Assembly: GCA_030704615.1 (NCBI GenBank)
Contig: CM060733.1
Coordinates: forward strand, 37,138,001 to 37,202,000
Reading direction: 5' to 3'
Length of the DNA: 64,000 nucleotides
Source: Takakia lepidozioides
Lineage: Eukaryota; Plantae; Bryophyta
Shown here piece after piece: positions 1 to 13,627 of the stretch; the first letter of the stretch is position 1, and each line of letters opens with the position of its first letter. A model generated the notes under the pieces. The model was not told where the DNA came from. It did not search any database and saw only the letters and a program-made list of their open reading frames with translations. The position numbers and the translations under genes are program-made.

Positions 1-379
1 GGAAAAGATAGACACTAGGGTTTCAAGAGCAAGCTCTAGTTGTTCATGGTGTGAAAGAGAAGCCAAAGAGCGGCACGTGCCTGGGTTGGAAACACCATAG
101 AAGGAGTACAACAAGGGTAGCTTGAGGAGCATTGAGTAGCTCAAGAGAAGCTAAGAAGTGGTTGTTCTATCCAGGTGAAATGAAGCCAAGTGGGGTTTCA
201 TTTGGCTAACAAACAAGCAAGCAAAGGCGGTGCTAGAAGAGAGTGCTTTTGCTAGTTCTATGAGTTCTTGGATTGCTCTTGGTGAAGCAAGTGGTTGATG
301 AAGCAGTGGCGCATGTGCTTTGCCTACCATATGTTTCATTAAAAGTGTATGACATCTAGGGTGTATCTGGAGGAGTATT

Positions 380-760
380 ACCTTTGGAGGATCTTTGGGG
401 GGGCCTTTGAGGAGCTTTGGTAAGACACTTGAAGAGCTCTTGAAGGGGTGTTTGGAGGACTGTTTGGAGAACTATTGGGGGTCCTTGAAGACCAATATTT
501 GGCAAATATTTAGAGCCTTTGGAGGGCTATTTGGAGGACTATTTGGGGTCCTTGGAGGCCAATATTTGGCAAATTTAAGGAGTCTTTGGTGACTTGTTTA
601 AAGGAATATTTGGGAGCCTAGAAGGCCAAGATTTGGCAGGCTCTTGGGCCCTTGGTGGACTATTTGGAGTCCAATTGTACAGGCTTTGGGGACCTTAGTG
701 AGATTGTTTGAGAGACATCTTGAGGGCTCTTGGAGAGTTATTTGAGAGATCCTGGAAAGT
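380..760. repeat. Degenerate tandem repeat region (GGAGGACTATTTGGGGTCCTTG-like units)
   Basis: An ~70-bp near-tandem duplication at ~450-590 plus shorter related units. Confidence 0.6.
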
Positions 761-1562
761 AGTCATGTCTGTTCGTCATGAACAAGAGCGTTCAGAGATA
801 GGGGGAGACTAGTGGGATGAGAGCATTCTGGGATTAGGAATTGCTTTAGTCTTTCTTCCCCGTAGTCTTCCACCCTCTCTGTAGGCCAAAACCTTTCCGT
901 AGGTGGAGGCAAGAGTCAGTCCGGGTGTGGGCTGGGGTGTCTTGTAGGAGCGACATTGTGGAGTATTTTTTTTGGCATGGGGGAGTTACTATCTTGATTT
1001 TCTTGTGTTTGGATCCCCCCCACACCTACATGCTTGACTGTGCGCCATGTCAGTTTTGTGATGGCGTTTGTTTTCATAGGAGGTTGGTCCGGATTTGATC
1101 ACCGGCCAATCCTAGAGCGTGCTGTCGGTGGTGAGGCTGGGGTGATGACCAGTCAAACCATCATTGTTTCTCTTATGGTGAGGCTGGGTTGATGACTAAC
1201 AGACCATAGGAGTGTTTGCGGTGGATACAGGTGCAGGTGCAGGTTTAAGTTACGAACCTAGTACTAATCTAAGCCATAGACCGCAACAGGTTCTCTACCC
1301 GGTTATCTTGTGGAGAGGGGGATTAGTGACAGGCTTACAATAGGTGTGGTTGTGAATTTTCATCACGGAGGTACCAGTAGTTGCTGAGGGGAGTGCCGGT
1401 GCGAGTACCCGCGATACTAGTGGGTACACAAGACGAGGTGTGCGGTTTAGGCCACCTTCACCTTCGGTGTCTTCTGAGGAAGGTTCAGACTCGGAGTCAG
1501 GCTGATTCTCGCCGAGGGTGCAAGCCATTTCCGTACCATTGTTGTGGGACACGATGTAGGAG

Positions 1563-2250
1563 ATGTATGGAGCTACCAAGGGGTCACGTAGGTACTCTCA
1601 AGCTATGGGCACCATCGAGCTTGATGACTTCATACATGAGTTTGATAGTTGCTGTGATTTGCAGCAAATGCGCAATCCACAACTGTTTACGTCTTTTATG
1701 GCACGGAAGGAGCTAATCCAGCACCTTGAAGGGCCGCCCATGGATGACTACCATGAATTTAGATGGGGAAATGAGGTGGAGATTGAGGAGTTGTGACAAT
1801 ATTGGTCACCTGACTATGTCTCCATCACTAGAGGCACATCAGCAAGATCCACGGCAACAACGGTAGCAGCTACACCAGCGGCTTCTACAAGCAGCAGTGG
1901 AACAAGTGAGTCAGGATCAACTAGGACATCCACTGCAGCTCCTGCCGTTGCACCAACACATGTGTCTGCATTCAACCCGATTGTGGAGTTCTTCCAAGAG
2001 TTGAGAAGGAACTACTAGGGGGTGAGAACAAAGAAGTTGCGGAGCTTGCAAAAGTCCCAGCGAAAGCCTACTGAGAGTTTGAGGGAGGCTTACACTCGCA
2101 TGAGACGCTTGATAAATATAACCCAATGGGTTACGAGGAGAAGGGTGTGGGATGCAACTCTCCTACAAGTGGCCCAACCCACCGTAACAAATGTGTTTTT
2201 GCTAGCCGAGCGGATAGAGCTCAACATGGTGGAGGAGCGGGTGGTTATGG
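1563..2250 (+). pseudogene. Retrotransposon gag, N-terminal part (stops and frameshifts)
   Basis: LDDFIHEFDSCC...HLEGPPMDDYHEF and RKPTESLREAYTRMRRL resemble the gag capsid/major homology region. The frame is continuous with the zinc knuckles across the insertion. Confidence 0.75.
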
Positions 2251-2639
2251 CCTAGGGGGTGCACTCCTCATTAAATGTACCAGCCACGTGCGTGCATAGG
2301 AGGGGGTATTTTAAACCCCCCCATGTACAACATTATACATACAGAGGGGGGTTTAAAACACCTTAAATATAATTTTACAGGAGGGAGTTGTTGTCTTTTA
2401 AGGGGTAGTGTAGTGGTAAGAGTGACGATTTGGCCGCGATGCACCGCGGGATCATCTCTTTGTTTGTTTTTTTTTTTTTTTTTTTTTTTTCTCTGCGATC
2501 TTTCTCCCCTTCCCTCCCGCCGCTTTATCTTTTCCCTCTCCTCCTCTCATCTCCTCTCCACTCCTCTCTCGCGTTCGCCTTCCCTTCCGCGGGCTTTCTC
2601 TTTTCCCTCCTCTCCTCTCCCCTCCTCTCCACAAGGCAT

Positions 2640-4870
2640 GGTATTCTTCCTGATGTTTACAAGGTTTAGGGGAGAGTTTAGGGAAGCGATCCTTTTGGGT
2701 TGATGAAATGGCAAATCCTCCATGGGTCATGACACAAGGTCAAGGACAATGTGGTGAGGGCACCTTCTTCTTCAACCTATTTCAGCCTGTCTTGCCCTCT
2801 CAACAGAGTCAGCCCTGAATTTGCAGCACTGAGCAGACCTGGCATGAGTTTTTAGAAGATTGACAATGGTGGGACAACTACAATTGCAAGGTGTGTCGTT
2901 TTCTTAAGGTACGATGTGAAGATTTTTTTCCATCCTGCTATTGCGGGCTCTTGCCTCCTGTTAGTACCTGATTTGGTATTCTTCCAGATGTTTACAAGGT
3001 TCTTGGGAGAGTCAGCTTGTTCTAAGCAGGCCGTGCTTAGCTGCACCGTGGTGGTTCTCACTGACCAATCCGTCGTTACCTGACTACAGACAAGTATGCA
3101 CACACAAGAGGTCATCTTTTGATCTCAATCCAAACCAGGAAGTGGTCAGAGGTACCAATATCAGTTCTGTCGATCAACACATTGGCACACTGGGGGAACA
3201 GATTTTTGTCCATTATGATATAGTCCACAATGGAACGTTTAGGGTTTGGGATTTCTCACGAGTCCACTGCACTTGGTCACCTACAGTTGAAGTCCTTGCC
3301 CTTGGTTGTCTTCCTAGAGCGCCCCATTGAATCACCAATGTGTAAGACCGCTCTCCAGCCAGTCAAGGGATGAACTTCTTTGAGATTGAATTGATGTGGG
3401 ACTCTATTAGAAGCACTTTTGGTCATTGCAACCTTCAACGTACACATGTTATCAATGAGAGAACCCCGGACAGTGTATCAGAAAATGAATATTGTCTTCA
3501 GATTGCAGTAGCGGCACAATTGATAAAATCAGGCACTGCTGATGAAGGCACCTTCTTCAACACATTTCACCCTGTTTTCCCCTCCTATCAGAATCGGCCC
3601 TAAATTTTCATGTTGAATTATGCAAGTTAGCTGGTTGAGTGAATCTAGGATAGTCTGGAATGACTTTGACATGATACTGCCAATGTGACAACAGGATAGT
3701 ATCCAGAAACAGGTAACAAAGACGAGGAGAAGTTGTGGAATGAATATTTTTCTAACCCTAGACAATGGTGGCACAACCGAGGCAAAAAGGTGAATGCCTA
3801 TCAGATTACCAGATGTCATTCTGAACACTGCCCCTGCCCTGGTGGACATGTAGCCAAATGTGGGTGCATCGAGGATAAGGGATCAGTGTTCAACTCTATG
3901 GCTGAACGAGATGTGGTGTTGTGGAGTGCGATGCTTGCAGGGTATGCACAGCAGGGGTGCGGGATGGAGGCTCCAACCTTTGAGCAAATGATGGGGGAAG
4001 GGGTGAAGGCCGCCGATATAACGTTTGTGTAAGTTTGCAGTGCGTATGGCAGCCCTGGAAAAAGGCAAAGAGATCCCTGGTGACATCATCAAATCTGCAA
4101 TTGTACCAAAATTTGTCATCCTGAACATTGCTCCGGTGGCCATGTATGCCAAATGTGGGAGCATTGAGGATGCCAAGGGAGTGTTCAACACTTTGGCTGA
4201 ATGAGATGTGGTGTCGTGGAACGCGATGCTTGCAGGGTGTGCAGAGCAGGAGCGCGAGATGGGGCTTTGGAGACCTGAAAGCAGATGATGGGGGATGGGG
4301 TGAAGCTCGACCCCATCATGTTTGTGTGCGTTTGCAGTGCGTGTGCAAGCCTGCAGCCCTGGAAAAGGGCAAAGAGGTGCATGGTTGCATCACCAAAGCT
4401 GGAATTGTACCAGATCTGATTATTAACAATACCCTTGTGGACGTGTATGCCATTGTGGGAGCATTGAGGATGCGGAGGGAGTGTTCAACACTATGGCTGA
4501 ACAAGGTGGTGTCGTGGAGCACGATTCATCCAAGAGGTTGATTTTAAACACAAGATTACTTCTGATTCCCTGCGGATCAATAGCTACAAGAAAGTTGCAT
4601 GGGTAGATGGTCAACTGGAAACAGCAGCGGCAGGAGTGCATTTGATAGAACAAGGCGCTACTAATGAAGGTACCTTCTTCAACACATTTCAGCCCGTTTT
4701 TCTCTGTTATCAGAGTTTTTCCCTATTCTTTCCTGAATGAGCATGGATAGAGTGTGGGTCCAGATTCATCCAAGAGGGCTGGACTTCAAGCTTCAGATCA
4801 CCTTGATTCCATGTGGGGGTCAGTAGCTATAAGAAACCTGCATGGGTAGATGGTCAACTAAAGGCAGTAG
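2640..4870 (+). pseudogene. Degenerate repeats of the OSB-family PDF motif, upstream part of the PPR gene
   Basis: LWVDEMANPPWV (~2695-2730); WHEFLED*QWWDN..K (~2840-2890); LWNEYFSNPRQWWHNRGKK (3733-3789); DFKHKITSDSLRINSYKKVAWVDGQL (4540-4617); IHPRGLDFK...KPAWVDGQL (4764-4860). All match the consensus LWxxFFxNPxxWWDNRxxKxNPxxPDFKHKxTxxALWxxxxxxPxWVxxQL. Confidence 0.75.
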
Positions 4871-6839
4871 CTGCAGCGGCACAGTTGATAAAATCAGGCA
4901 CCTCAACCACGACCACAGCTTCTGAAAGAGGATCAAGAGAGGGAGTCCACAATGCCTCTTCTGGCACTTCTGGGCATGTGAAGATACTTTAAGCGACAGC
5001 CTGACAGAGGCTCTACAGACTCTAAACCAAGGAGGCATTTCAGCAGATTCAAATATGTGTCTGTCTCTTGCTTAAGTGCATCAAGATGGACGGTCTCGAA
5101 GCTGGAAAGCAGGTGCACACTCACATTATCCAAAGTGGATTCACGCCAAATGTTTTTCTACTCAACACCCTTGTCAACCTGTATGTTAAGTGCCGGCCCA
5201 TCAGGGATGCTCACCAAGTGTTCAACAGAATGCCTCAATGATCTTTGATCACGTGGAATATTATGTTGAAAGGATTTACCAAGCATAGGTGTGGTAGGAA
5301 TGTTTTGGAGACATATGAGCAAATGATGTGCGAAGCGGTGAAGCCCAACCACATCACATTTGTTTGTGTTTGCAATGCGTGTGAAAGCCTGGGAGCAAGC
5401 TGGAATTGTACCAGATGTCATCTTGAACACTGCCCTTGTGGACATGTTTGCCAAATGTGGGTGCGTTAAGGATGTGAGGGGAGTTTTCAACACTCTGGCT
5501 GAACGAGATGTGGTGTCGTGGAACGTGATGCTTGCAAGGTATGCAAAACAGGGGCACGGGATGGAGGCTTTGGAGACCTATGAGCAAATGATGGGGGAAG
5601 GGGTGAAGCCTAACCACATCACAAGGCATTTCACCAGATTCAGATATGTATGTCTGTCTCTTGCTTAAGTGCATCAAGATGGAGGTCTGGAACAGTGTTG
5701 GACTGGTATATATGTGAAGGACTAGTACATAATACTGGTATATGCACTGGTATTAGATACCAGACCAGTCTGGTATCATTTGGGAGAATACTTGGTCAGA
5801 TACCAGACCAGGCTGGTATCAGTTCTTTCATACCAGCCACAATACCCGTACTCCCCCATCATCTTCCTCATTTACTCTAGTATGTATACTGAATTAATTT
5901 ATGTGTACATATGCCTATATATTCGTACTTAATGTATATTTACTTCTTATGTATATTTTATTTGTTTTCACTTGATACTTGCTACTTGACAAATTTGTAA
6001 CTCAAGATGGCTTTGGAATGATACCAGAGTTGATATCTCATACCAGCTGGTGTTGTGGTCATGATACTCATATTCATACCAGTATCTGGAAAAAAATACA
6101 TCCACCATTATAGAGACCAGACTGGTATGAAAGTTTTGTGATACGCCTGGTACGAGGACCAGTCTGGTATGTAAAAAACTTGATACCAGTCCAACACTGG
6201 TCTGGAAGTTGGAAAACAGGTGCATACTCACATCATCCAAAGTGGATTCACGTCAAATGTTTTTCTTCTCAACACCCTTGTCAACATGTATGTTATGTGC
6301 GGGAGCATCATTGATGCTCACCAAGTGTTCAACAGAATGCCTCAACGATCTTTGATCACGTGGAATATAATGTTAGCAGGATGCAATGCGTGTGCAAGCC
6401 TGGGAGCTCTGGAAAAGGGGAAAGAGGTCCATGGTGACATTGTCAAAGCTGGAATTGTACCAGATGTCATTCTGAACACTCCTCTGGTGGACATGTATGC
6501 CAAATGTGGGTGCATTAAGGATGCGAAGGGAGTTTCCATGGCTGAACGAGATGTGGTGTCGTGGAGTGCGATGCTTGCAGGGTATGCACAGCAGGGACAT
6601 GGTATGGAGGCTTTGGAGACCTATGATCAAATGATGGGGGAAGGGGTGAAGCCCGACCACATCACGTTTGTGTACATTTGCAATGCGTGTGTAAGTCTGT
6701 CAGCTTTGGAAAAGGGCAAAGAGATCCATGGCGACATTGTTAGATCTGCAATTGTATCAAATGTCATTCTGAACAGTACCCTTGTGAACATGTATGAAGG
6801 GAGTGTTCGACGGTATGGCTGAACGAGATGTGTTGTTGT
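3805..6839 (+). pseudogene. PLS-class pentatricopeptide repeat array (frameshifted, internally duplicated)
   Basis: Repeated P/L/S motifs such as DVILNTPLVDMYAKCGCIKDA, RDVVSWSAMLAGYAQQGHGMEAL, GVKPDHITFV and ALEKGKEVHGDIVKAG, with many stops and frameshifts. Confidence 0.95.
5693..6199. mobile_element. hAT-type MITE (507 bp)
   Basis: 17-bp TIR CAGTGTTGGACTGGTAT/ATACCAGTCCAACACTG; 8-bp TSD GTCTGGAA (5685-5692, 6200-6207); internal ATACCAG repeats. Removal restores the PPR peptide DGGLEVGKQVHTHIIQSG. Confidence 0.93.
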
Positions 6840-7863
6840 CACTAGAAGCATTCGTGCCTTTTCCGAATCGACTGCATGTCCGCGACCACTCCGGGAACCA
6901 CTTGGTAGTAAACGGGACTACTGGAGAGTCGAAACAGACAATGTGGGCCCACGGGGGCATTTCAGACTGCGGACAGAAGTGGGGTCATCGACTCCGGAGT
7001 CGTAGCAGAATTCCGGGCTATTTTACGAATTGCGTAAATACATAAAATTTGAAAAAGCCAAATTTACAAGAGGTTGTAATTACTGCACATGCGACTACAA
7101 ATTTCCTTTCCTAATTCGATTAATGGAATAAAGATATTTATTCATTAAAGTGAATATGTAGTCGACTCAACGACTCCATGAACCACTGCGCATTCATTAC
7201 ACCCATGATTCGACAGCACATTTGCTGACGTGGCTTTCACAAAAAGAGGTAAACCAAATGTGGCCTTGGGGGAATAGATATTTTAATACGTGTTGCCTCC
7301 ACCTGGCAGAGACAGGGATGCAAGTGCTTCGTCGGACATGGCGGGATGTGGGAATGTGAATCCTGACACGGTAAGGCCTTCGTATACTGTGAGCGCGCGT
7401 AGTGGCTTCTCAGAAGGGTGCAACATCGAGGTCTTGGTCATTCAACATTTACAGAATGTGCTGGATGGAGACACGATGGAGCACGCATACGGGCATGCCC
7501 TTCTGGTATCAATTCCCAAGTATCCACGCAAGGTGAGGCTGCTGAATTGGGTTTTTGCCCGTCTAGTTTTCTGATAGCATGCTCGAAACGTTCTTAGTGC
7601 CATTGAGTGGCCTTGCAATAATTTGAGGTGTAACTGCTTTTCCATTTCTCAAGTTATGAAGAAGACATCTTAGAAGAAGATCGCAAAGACGTCAAGGCTA
7701 AAGGATATGCCCTTTGGTTCTGAACTACAATCATACTGGAAATATAGGTTTGTTCACAAGACAGTACGGACCACATTCCGGGACATTATCGATACTATTA
7801 ACTGTCTCGCCCTTGCGCGCTTGTAGGACTATACAAAATGGGTTCTAAGGACAGTAAGAGTCC

Positions 7864-10800
7864 TTAGCACAGCTCTCGTCTACGAGCTGCCGGCTCCAAA
7901 GAATCTTCCCCTTCACTGCCCACATCTGCAATTTGCCTTGCGGTAATTACCAACCTTGGAATGTCTTCCTCATTAAAGATAACTGCTCCTTCCAAAGAGA
8001 TTGGTTCGGCCGTATCTGGTAGATTTTGTGGTTCCCTCAGACCCTCGTGGTCGGCATTCTCCCCTAGGTCCAGATCCTGGACGTCGGCCATGACTCGTTT
8101 GGCCCGGGGGTCCTTGTGAAGAACCACCTTCCATCCCGGCGCATGGGTGTCATCTGAAAAGAAAACTTGCTCAACTTGCGATGGGAAGATGAATGGCTCT
8201 TCATCTTGTGGTAGCATTTTTCTGAAATCAGCAAGGAGGAACCCGTACTCATCCCGTTTCATGGTGGCATCTTTTACCCAAGAACAACGGAATAGAATTG
8301 GCTTCACAAGACCATAGTCTAGTTTAAGGATCTCTTTGATTACTCCTACATATTGCACAGGGCATGAAATTGGATTTCGATCTCGTGCACAGCTCCTACT
8401 CTCTTGTTCAAAAAATGATGCCACTCCGCTGTCATAAGTCACCAGGAGGCTGGTGTTGGCATCGTCCACTCTATAATGATTGCCATATGCTTTCATTGAC
8501 CGGTACAAAGTGGCAATAAGCCCTGGGGGGAATGACAGACTCACCATGCCCTCATCTGGGTCCTCGTTCTCTGATGCGTACACTACAATTGCAGATCTGA
8601 CCCACACTGTAAAGGGCTGCAGCTCCTCCATTGTTGTGGGGTACTCCACCGGGGATATGCGCCTACGACCGCCCCTCCGCCATGCTTTTGCAAATGCACT
8701 CCGTTCCGTTTTCAGGCGGACCTTCTCCGCTGCGTACTTTCTGGCAGAAACCAAATAGAAACTGCAACTTAGTCCCCCTGACCAACACCGTGTTGTACAT
8801 GCATGCCACATGCAGAGTGTGTGTCCTTTCAAGCACACTGTAGTGATGCAGCCTACTTCATAATCACTTGCAAGCAACAACCAAGATCTACGAAACACCC
8901 TCTGTAGTCGTCTGAAGCACCCTGTTAGTACACGATCCCACTCCCATAGTGACCGGAATGACTTGTGACAATATATATGTAATTCCAGCATACAAAGACC
9001 ATTAAGAATAGCACAGGAGGGATGTAAGTTGGCACCCACTGTCTCCATGGTGTCATGGTTGTTGTGTTGTTCAGCACATAATCATGTGCCACATCCCGAA
9101 GGCGCGGGCTCATGGCACGCTTTGTTCCACCACCTTCTAGGACCTCGCCTACAACTCCTTCTTCCTCGTTCTCGTCCCACACCCGTCGTTGTATTGCATC
9201 AAATGAAGACATATACTCTGTCATGAAGCCTAGGGCTTTGTCGCGGATGTAGCCCTCCGCCATACTCCCCTCTGGCCGTGCCATGTTGCGTACATACCCC
9301 TTCAGATCCTTCATGTACCTCTCCACGGGGTACATCCACCGGCTGGCTACGGGCCCACACACATGCAACTCCTCTACAAGATGCACTAGCAAGTGCGTCA
9401 TGACGTCAAAGAATGATGGAGGGAATTCTTTCTCCAGCAAACATAGGGTTATAGCCACATCCTCATGCAACGATGTAATGTCCCTCGGATCCCACACCTT
9501 CGCACAAATCTTCCTAAACACTCGACTTACACGCATTATGGCTGTTCGAGGACCTGGCGCCATCGTACCCCAAATGCACACTGGCAAAATCTGTTGCATC
9601 ATCACGTGTAGATCATGTGACTTCATCCCCGACCATTTCTTGTTTATGGCATGCTTTTGGAAAGCACCCGAGAATCCGGTTGGCACTTTCATGGCTCCCA
9701 ATGTCTTCAAAAAATCCTCTTGCTCTGATTTGGTCAGGACGTATGATGCTGCTGGCATGAGCACTTTGCCTGGTCTATTTGGATCAGGCCTTAGCCACAG
9801 ATGTGACCGTATCCCTTCAATCTCCATGTCATTTCGTACGTTTATCGTATCCTTCTCCCCAAAGATAGTCTTCAGAATGTTCTCGCAGAAGTTCTTCTCA
9901 CAATGCATGGGGTCCAGGAGGTACCGCTGCAAGAGGTTCTGAAATGCCAAATGTCCTCCCATGAGACCAAGTTCTATGGGCAAAAAAAGTAGAATATGTG
10001 ACAGAAGTTGTCCATGTTACTACATTTTGCTTTGTTGAAAAGAGAATGGCACCAAATGTTGTGACACCAGAGGAGACATTGCAATTTGCAAAGGAGAAAG
10101 AGGCGTTCATGGAGATTGGAGGGAGAGACGGAAGTAGTGCGGATCCAGCCATGGAGCACGGGGTGAAGCGCCGGACAATCCTTTGGGATTTGCCATACTG
10201 GAAGGTGCATGAATCCCCCCCCCCCCCCATTCACTCACTTTCTTTCACATTGTGCTTCCTGGAATTACCTTTACTGTCAGGAGTCCTTCCACCAACTCCT
10301 AAGTCAGTGTAACTACTATGCAGTAGATGTTGAAGTCGTACACCTCACTGTGGAGAGGATCGTGGAGTTGATTGAAGTGCCTTCCTGCCTGTCGGTAGGG
10401 GTGGTTTCTTGCAAGGTAACGTCGATGCCCCATGTATATTGTCTTCCCTAGTGGCTTTGAGTGCCGTGAATCCACATAGGGCCCACAAATGGGGCACCCT
10501 TTGTAGCCCTTCGTCTTGCAACCCGCAACAAGGCCATATGCGGGGAAATCGTGGATTGACCACATGAGTATGGCACGGAGGGTGAAACTCCGTTGCCCTA
10601 CTGGTTTCAAAATGTCGTAAGCTTCAACTCCAATCCATAGTTCCTGTAGCTCTTCAATCAATGGTTGCAAATACACATCTATGTTTGCATTTGTCACGGA
10701 CTCCTTGCCTGGAATCAAGAGAGACAACATGACAAAGAATTTCTTTGTTGTCAACCATGGTGGCAGGTTGTATGCCACCAACTGCACGGGCCATGTGGAC

Positions 10801-11870
10801 CATGTGCAACTCTTTGATCCGTATGGGTTTACTCCATCCGTAGATACAGCCAATCGCACATTGCGTGGGTCCTCGGCAAAATCGGGCCAAGTTGCATCTA
10901 TATGCTTCCATGCAAGGGAATCTGGGACATGCCTTACCAAACCATCGTTTGAGGCATTCCTGGAATGCCAAGTCATGAGCTCACTAATGGTCTTTGCATT
11001 TGTACATTCGTAATAGACGGGGGATAAGGGGAAAGTGCCTCAACACCTTGGCTGGCTGTTGTAACCTGCCCACATCATGGTATCGGGCTGCACCGCATTT
11101 GGGGCACTCCATAGCATCCTTGTACTCTCTTTTGAAAAGTACATGTCCTTTTGGACATGCATGTATTGTCACGTAGTTGAGGCCGAGCTTCCCAATCATT
11201 TGGTTGGCCATGTGACAGCTTTTTGGCATTTCATTTGGTTGTGGAAGCAAGTTCAGCCGAAGCAAAGAGAACAACTCGTCCACAAAATGGTCTGAGACAC
11301 CGTGGGTTGTGCACAGGTTCATCAACAGCATGGTGGCAGCAAGCTTTGTGGATTTGCATCCCTCGTACAGTGGCACACATGCTTCTTCTAGTGTCATGTG
11401 TGCAGAATTCAATTCTCCATCTCCACCTCCTTCCACGCCTTCCCCCACGTGAATGCCTTCATTTCCTGCGTCATCACCATCCCCAGTTGTCGCAGCGCCG
11501 TCCCCCTCTTCAGCATCGTCCATGATGTGGAATGCTTCCTACAACATTCGAGTAATCTCCACCCCTCCATCCATGCCTGGTTCATGTCCTGCGCCCATGA
11601 CATAGTCCTCGTCTGGCCTGTCTGTATGGCTCCCTCGGGGTGTGCATTGTCCAATTGTGCCCACTCCTCATCGTCTTCGTCTGCAGGTCCATCTCCAATC
11701 CACACCCGAAATGCTTCATGTCTTTTGTGGTGAAGGAGATGTGTGCGCACACCGTCCTCAGATCTACTTGTAGTGCCCAAACAAGTTCACATGGGCATGG
11801 CATCCTTGAAAGCCCAAGGGCTCGGGCACGTGCCACTTCTCTTTCCCACAACCTGTCATCTCGGGTGTTC
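7864..11870 (-). pseudogene. CACTA TnpD/Tnp2-type transposase (multi-exon, frameshifted, one segment inverted)
   Basis: IHACPKGHVLF..CPKCG..RY, VLRHFPLIPRL, WKHID..PDFAEDPRNVRL..STDGVNP, DFPAYG, DPMHCEKN, GMKSHDLH, RWMYPVER, EGSMAEGY and DEEPFIFPSQVEQVFF are hallmarks of the Transposase_21/DUF4218/DUF4216 regions. Confidence 0.95.
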
Positions 11871-13627
11871 TGTCTACAGGGGTGATTAATTGGAAGTCCT
11901 CCGCATGGGTGAGGGGAACTCATTTTTGTTGGGGAGCCTCTTCAATGCTGTTTGTGCACGCCATTGCAGGGGGCCGGATTCTCCTTTGCAGAGATTCCTC
12001 AATTTGGCTCTGCCACTCCATTTCACTACCGTCAATTCCCTCCTCCTGCAATCTCAATTTGAAAGGTTCAGTCGCACATCCTTTGGCAGAGAAGACAGTT
12101 GACATTTTATACCAACCGGTAGATTCCACAACATGATGAAAAGTTACACTCAACAGCAAACCATTTAAAAGCCATCACGATGCTTCCCATCATAACTAGA
12201 ATCTTTTCAACAAGACATTGAGAGAAATGACCAAAATCGACTCAAACAACGACATCCTGGAAAACGACCTGTCTCTACAGTTCGTGTGTGTGTGAGGAAT
12301 CGGAGGACGTACCTGGAATTTCAATTTTCACGATTGACGACGTTGTGATCTTGGGCATATGGTTGAATGTGTATGAAATGTGTGCATTGAAGTGTGAACA
12401 ACCTGACTACAAGGCCAGAACCTGCGCCACTTGTCTTAGGCCATCTCCAAATCACGTTTCGGCGGACAATCCCGTTCCGTTGCCGTGAAATTGCACCGTG
12501 GCGGGAAGGGAGTCCATTTGTGTGGCTCTATCACCATGGCGGGAAGGGGAGCATGTTAAAAATGGAGCATCGCCCTGCCACTTCACTCATTTGCTGTTTG
12601 CAGCTTCTTCCACCATCTTTCTTACTTAATTCTGATTCTTGCAATGTTGCCCTTGAGACGGCAACTGCAAGTGACCGGATCCTTTGATCGTCGCATTCAA
12701 AGACACTTACGTGTAGCAGATCGCAGACCCCAAATGCCTGGAGAGAAAGCCAGAGGGCAGTCAATGCATGCACGGTTGTTTTGCACCGGTTGGGACGGAG
12801 TGGGGTGCAGAGGAGGCGTGCTGTGCCCGAGTTCGCATGCCTAGCATCCTGCAGCCGGCGGCTTTTGCACGTTGGGCAGCAGTACCCTCTGCTGTATGAT
12901 TACCATTTGTGGTACAGACTCACCGGCCTCCCCTGTCCACTTGGGTCTTGGGACAGCGACTTATGGAGTATGTAGACAGAGTTGCATGTCGCGCAGGTAC
13001 ACCAAAATCTCCCATGTAACATAAACCCATTTCTCATTCATGCTTGCATGTGATCCACGGGATAATTTCCATGTTCTCCCAGCTGATGTGGGTTCGCAAA
13101 TTCTCGGTGTGTAGGTGTGTGTGTGAGGACCTCAACCTGGCATGGTGCGATGGGTGTCGAATGGACCCTTCTTTGCGATGGGAAAACCACTACAGTTGAG
13201 TTTGTTTTTGCTGAATCATTTGGCAGAGCACTGTGTTCACTTCTCACACATCATGCGCATTTTCTCCAAGAATGCATGTAAAGCGGAGCCATACACGACA
13301 TCATTGCAGTGTGTTTCCTTCGCCTAATTTTGAACGAAAAACAGTTAACGGATCCATGTCAGTTGTGTGAATCACTACATCTAGTTGTCTGGAGGATTGT
13401 AAGTGGTTTAGGGTTTAACGTCTCAAAGTCAAAAAGGCCATAGTGTCGGATGCACGACACGTGTTCATATTTGAAATCAACAACGGCCGGATCTTCACTA
13501 CAGATCGGGGGGGTGTGTGATCACACTCCCCTCCTTGTCTTTCTTTCCTCCTTTGCATGTCTTGGTCTTCCTCGCTCGTCTTTGTCTTGGTCATGGTCTA
13601 TGTCCTCGCTCGTCTTCATCTTTGTCA

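Noticed and set aside
6220-6822. Functional PPR gene from the 200-aa ORF
   Set aside because: Fragment with internal deletions, bounded by MITE and CACTA insertions and frameshifts.
9283-9942. 219-aa plus-strand ORF and similar antisense ORFs (13625-14215, 56087-56554)
   Set aside because: Most are shadow frames opposite real coding or low-complexity sequence, and none has a recognisable motif.
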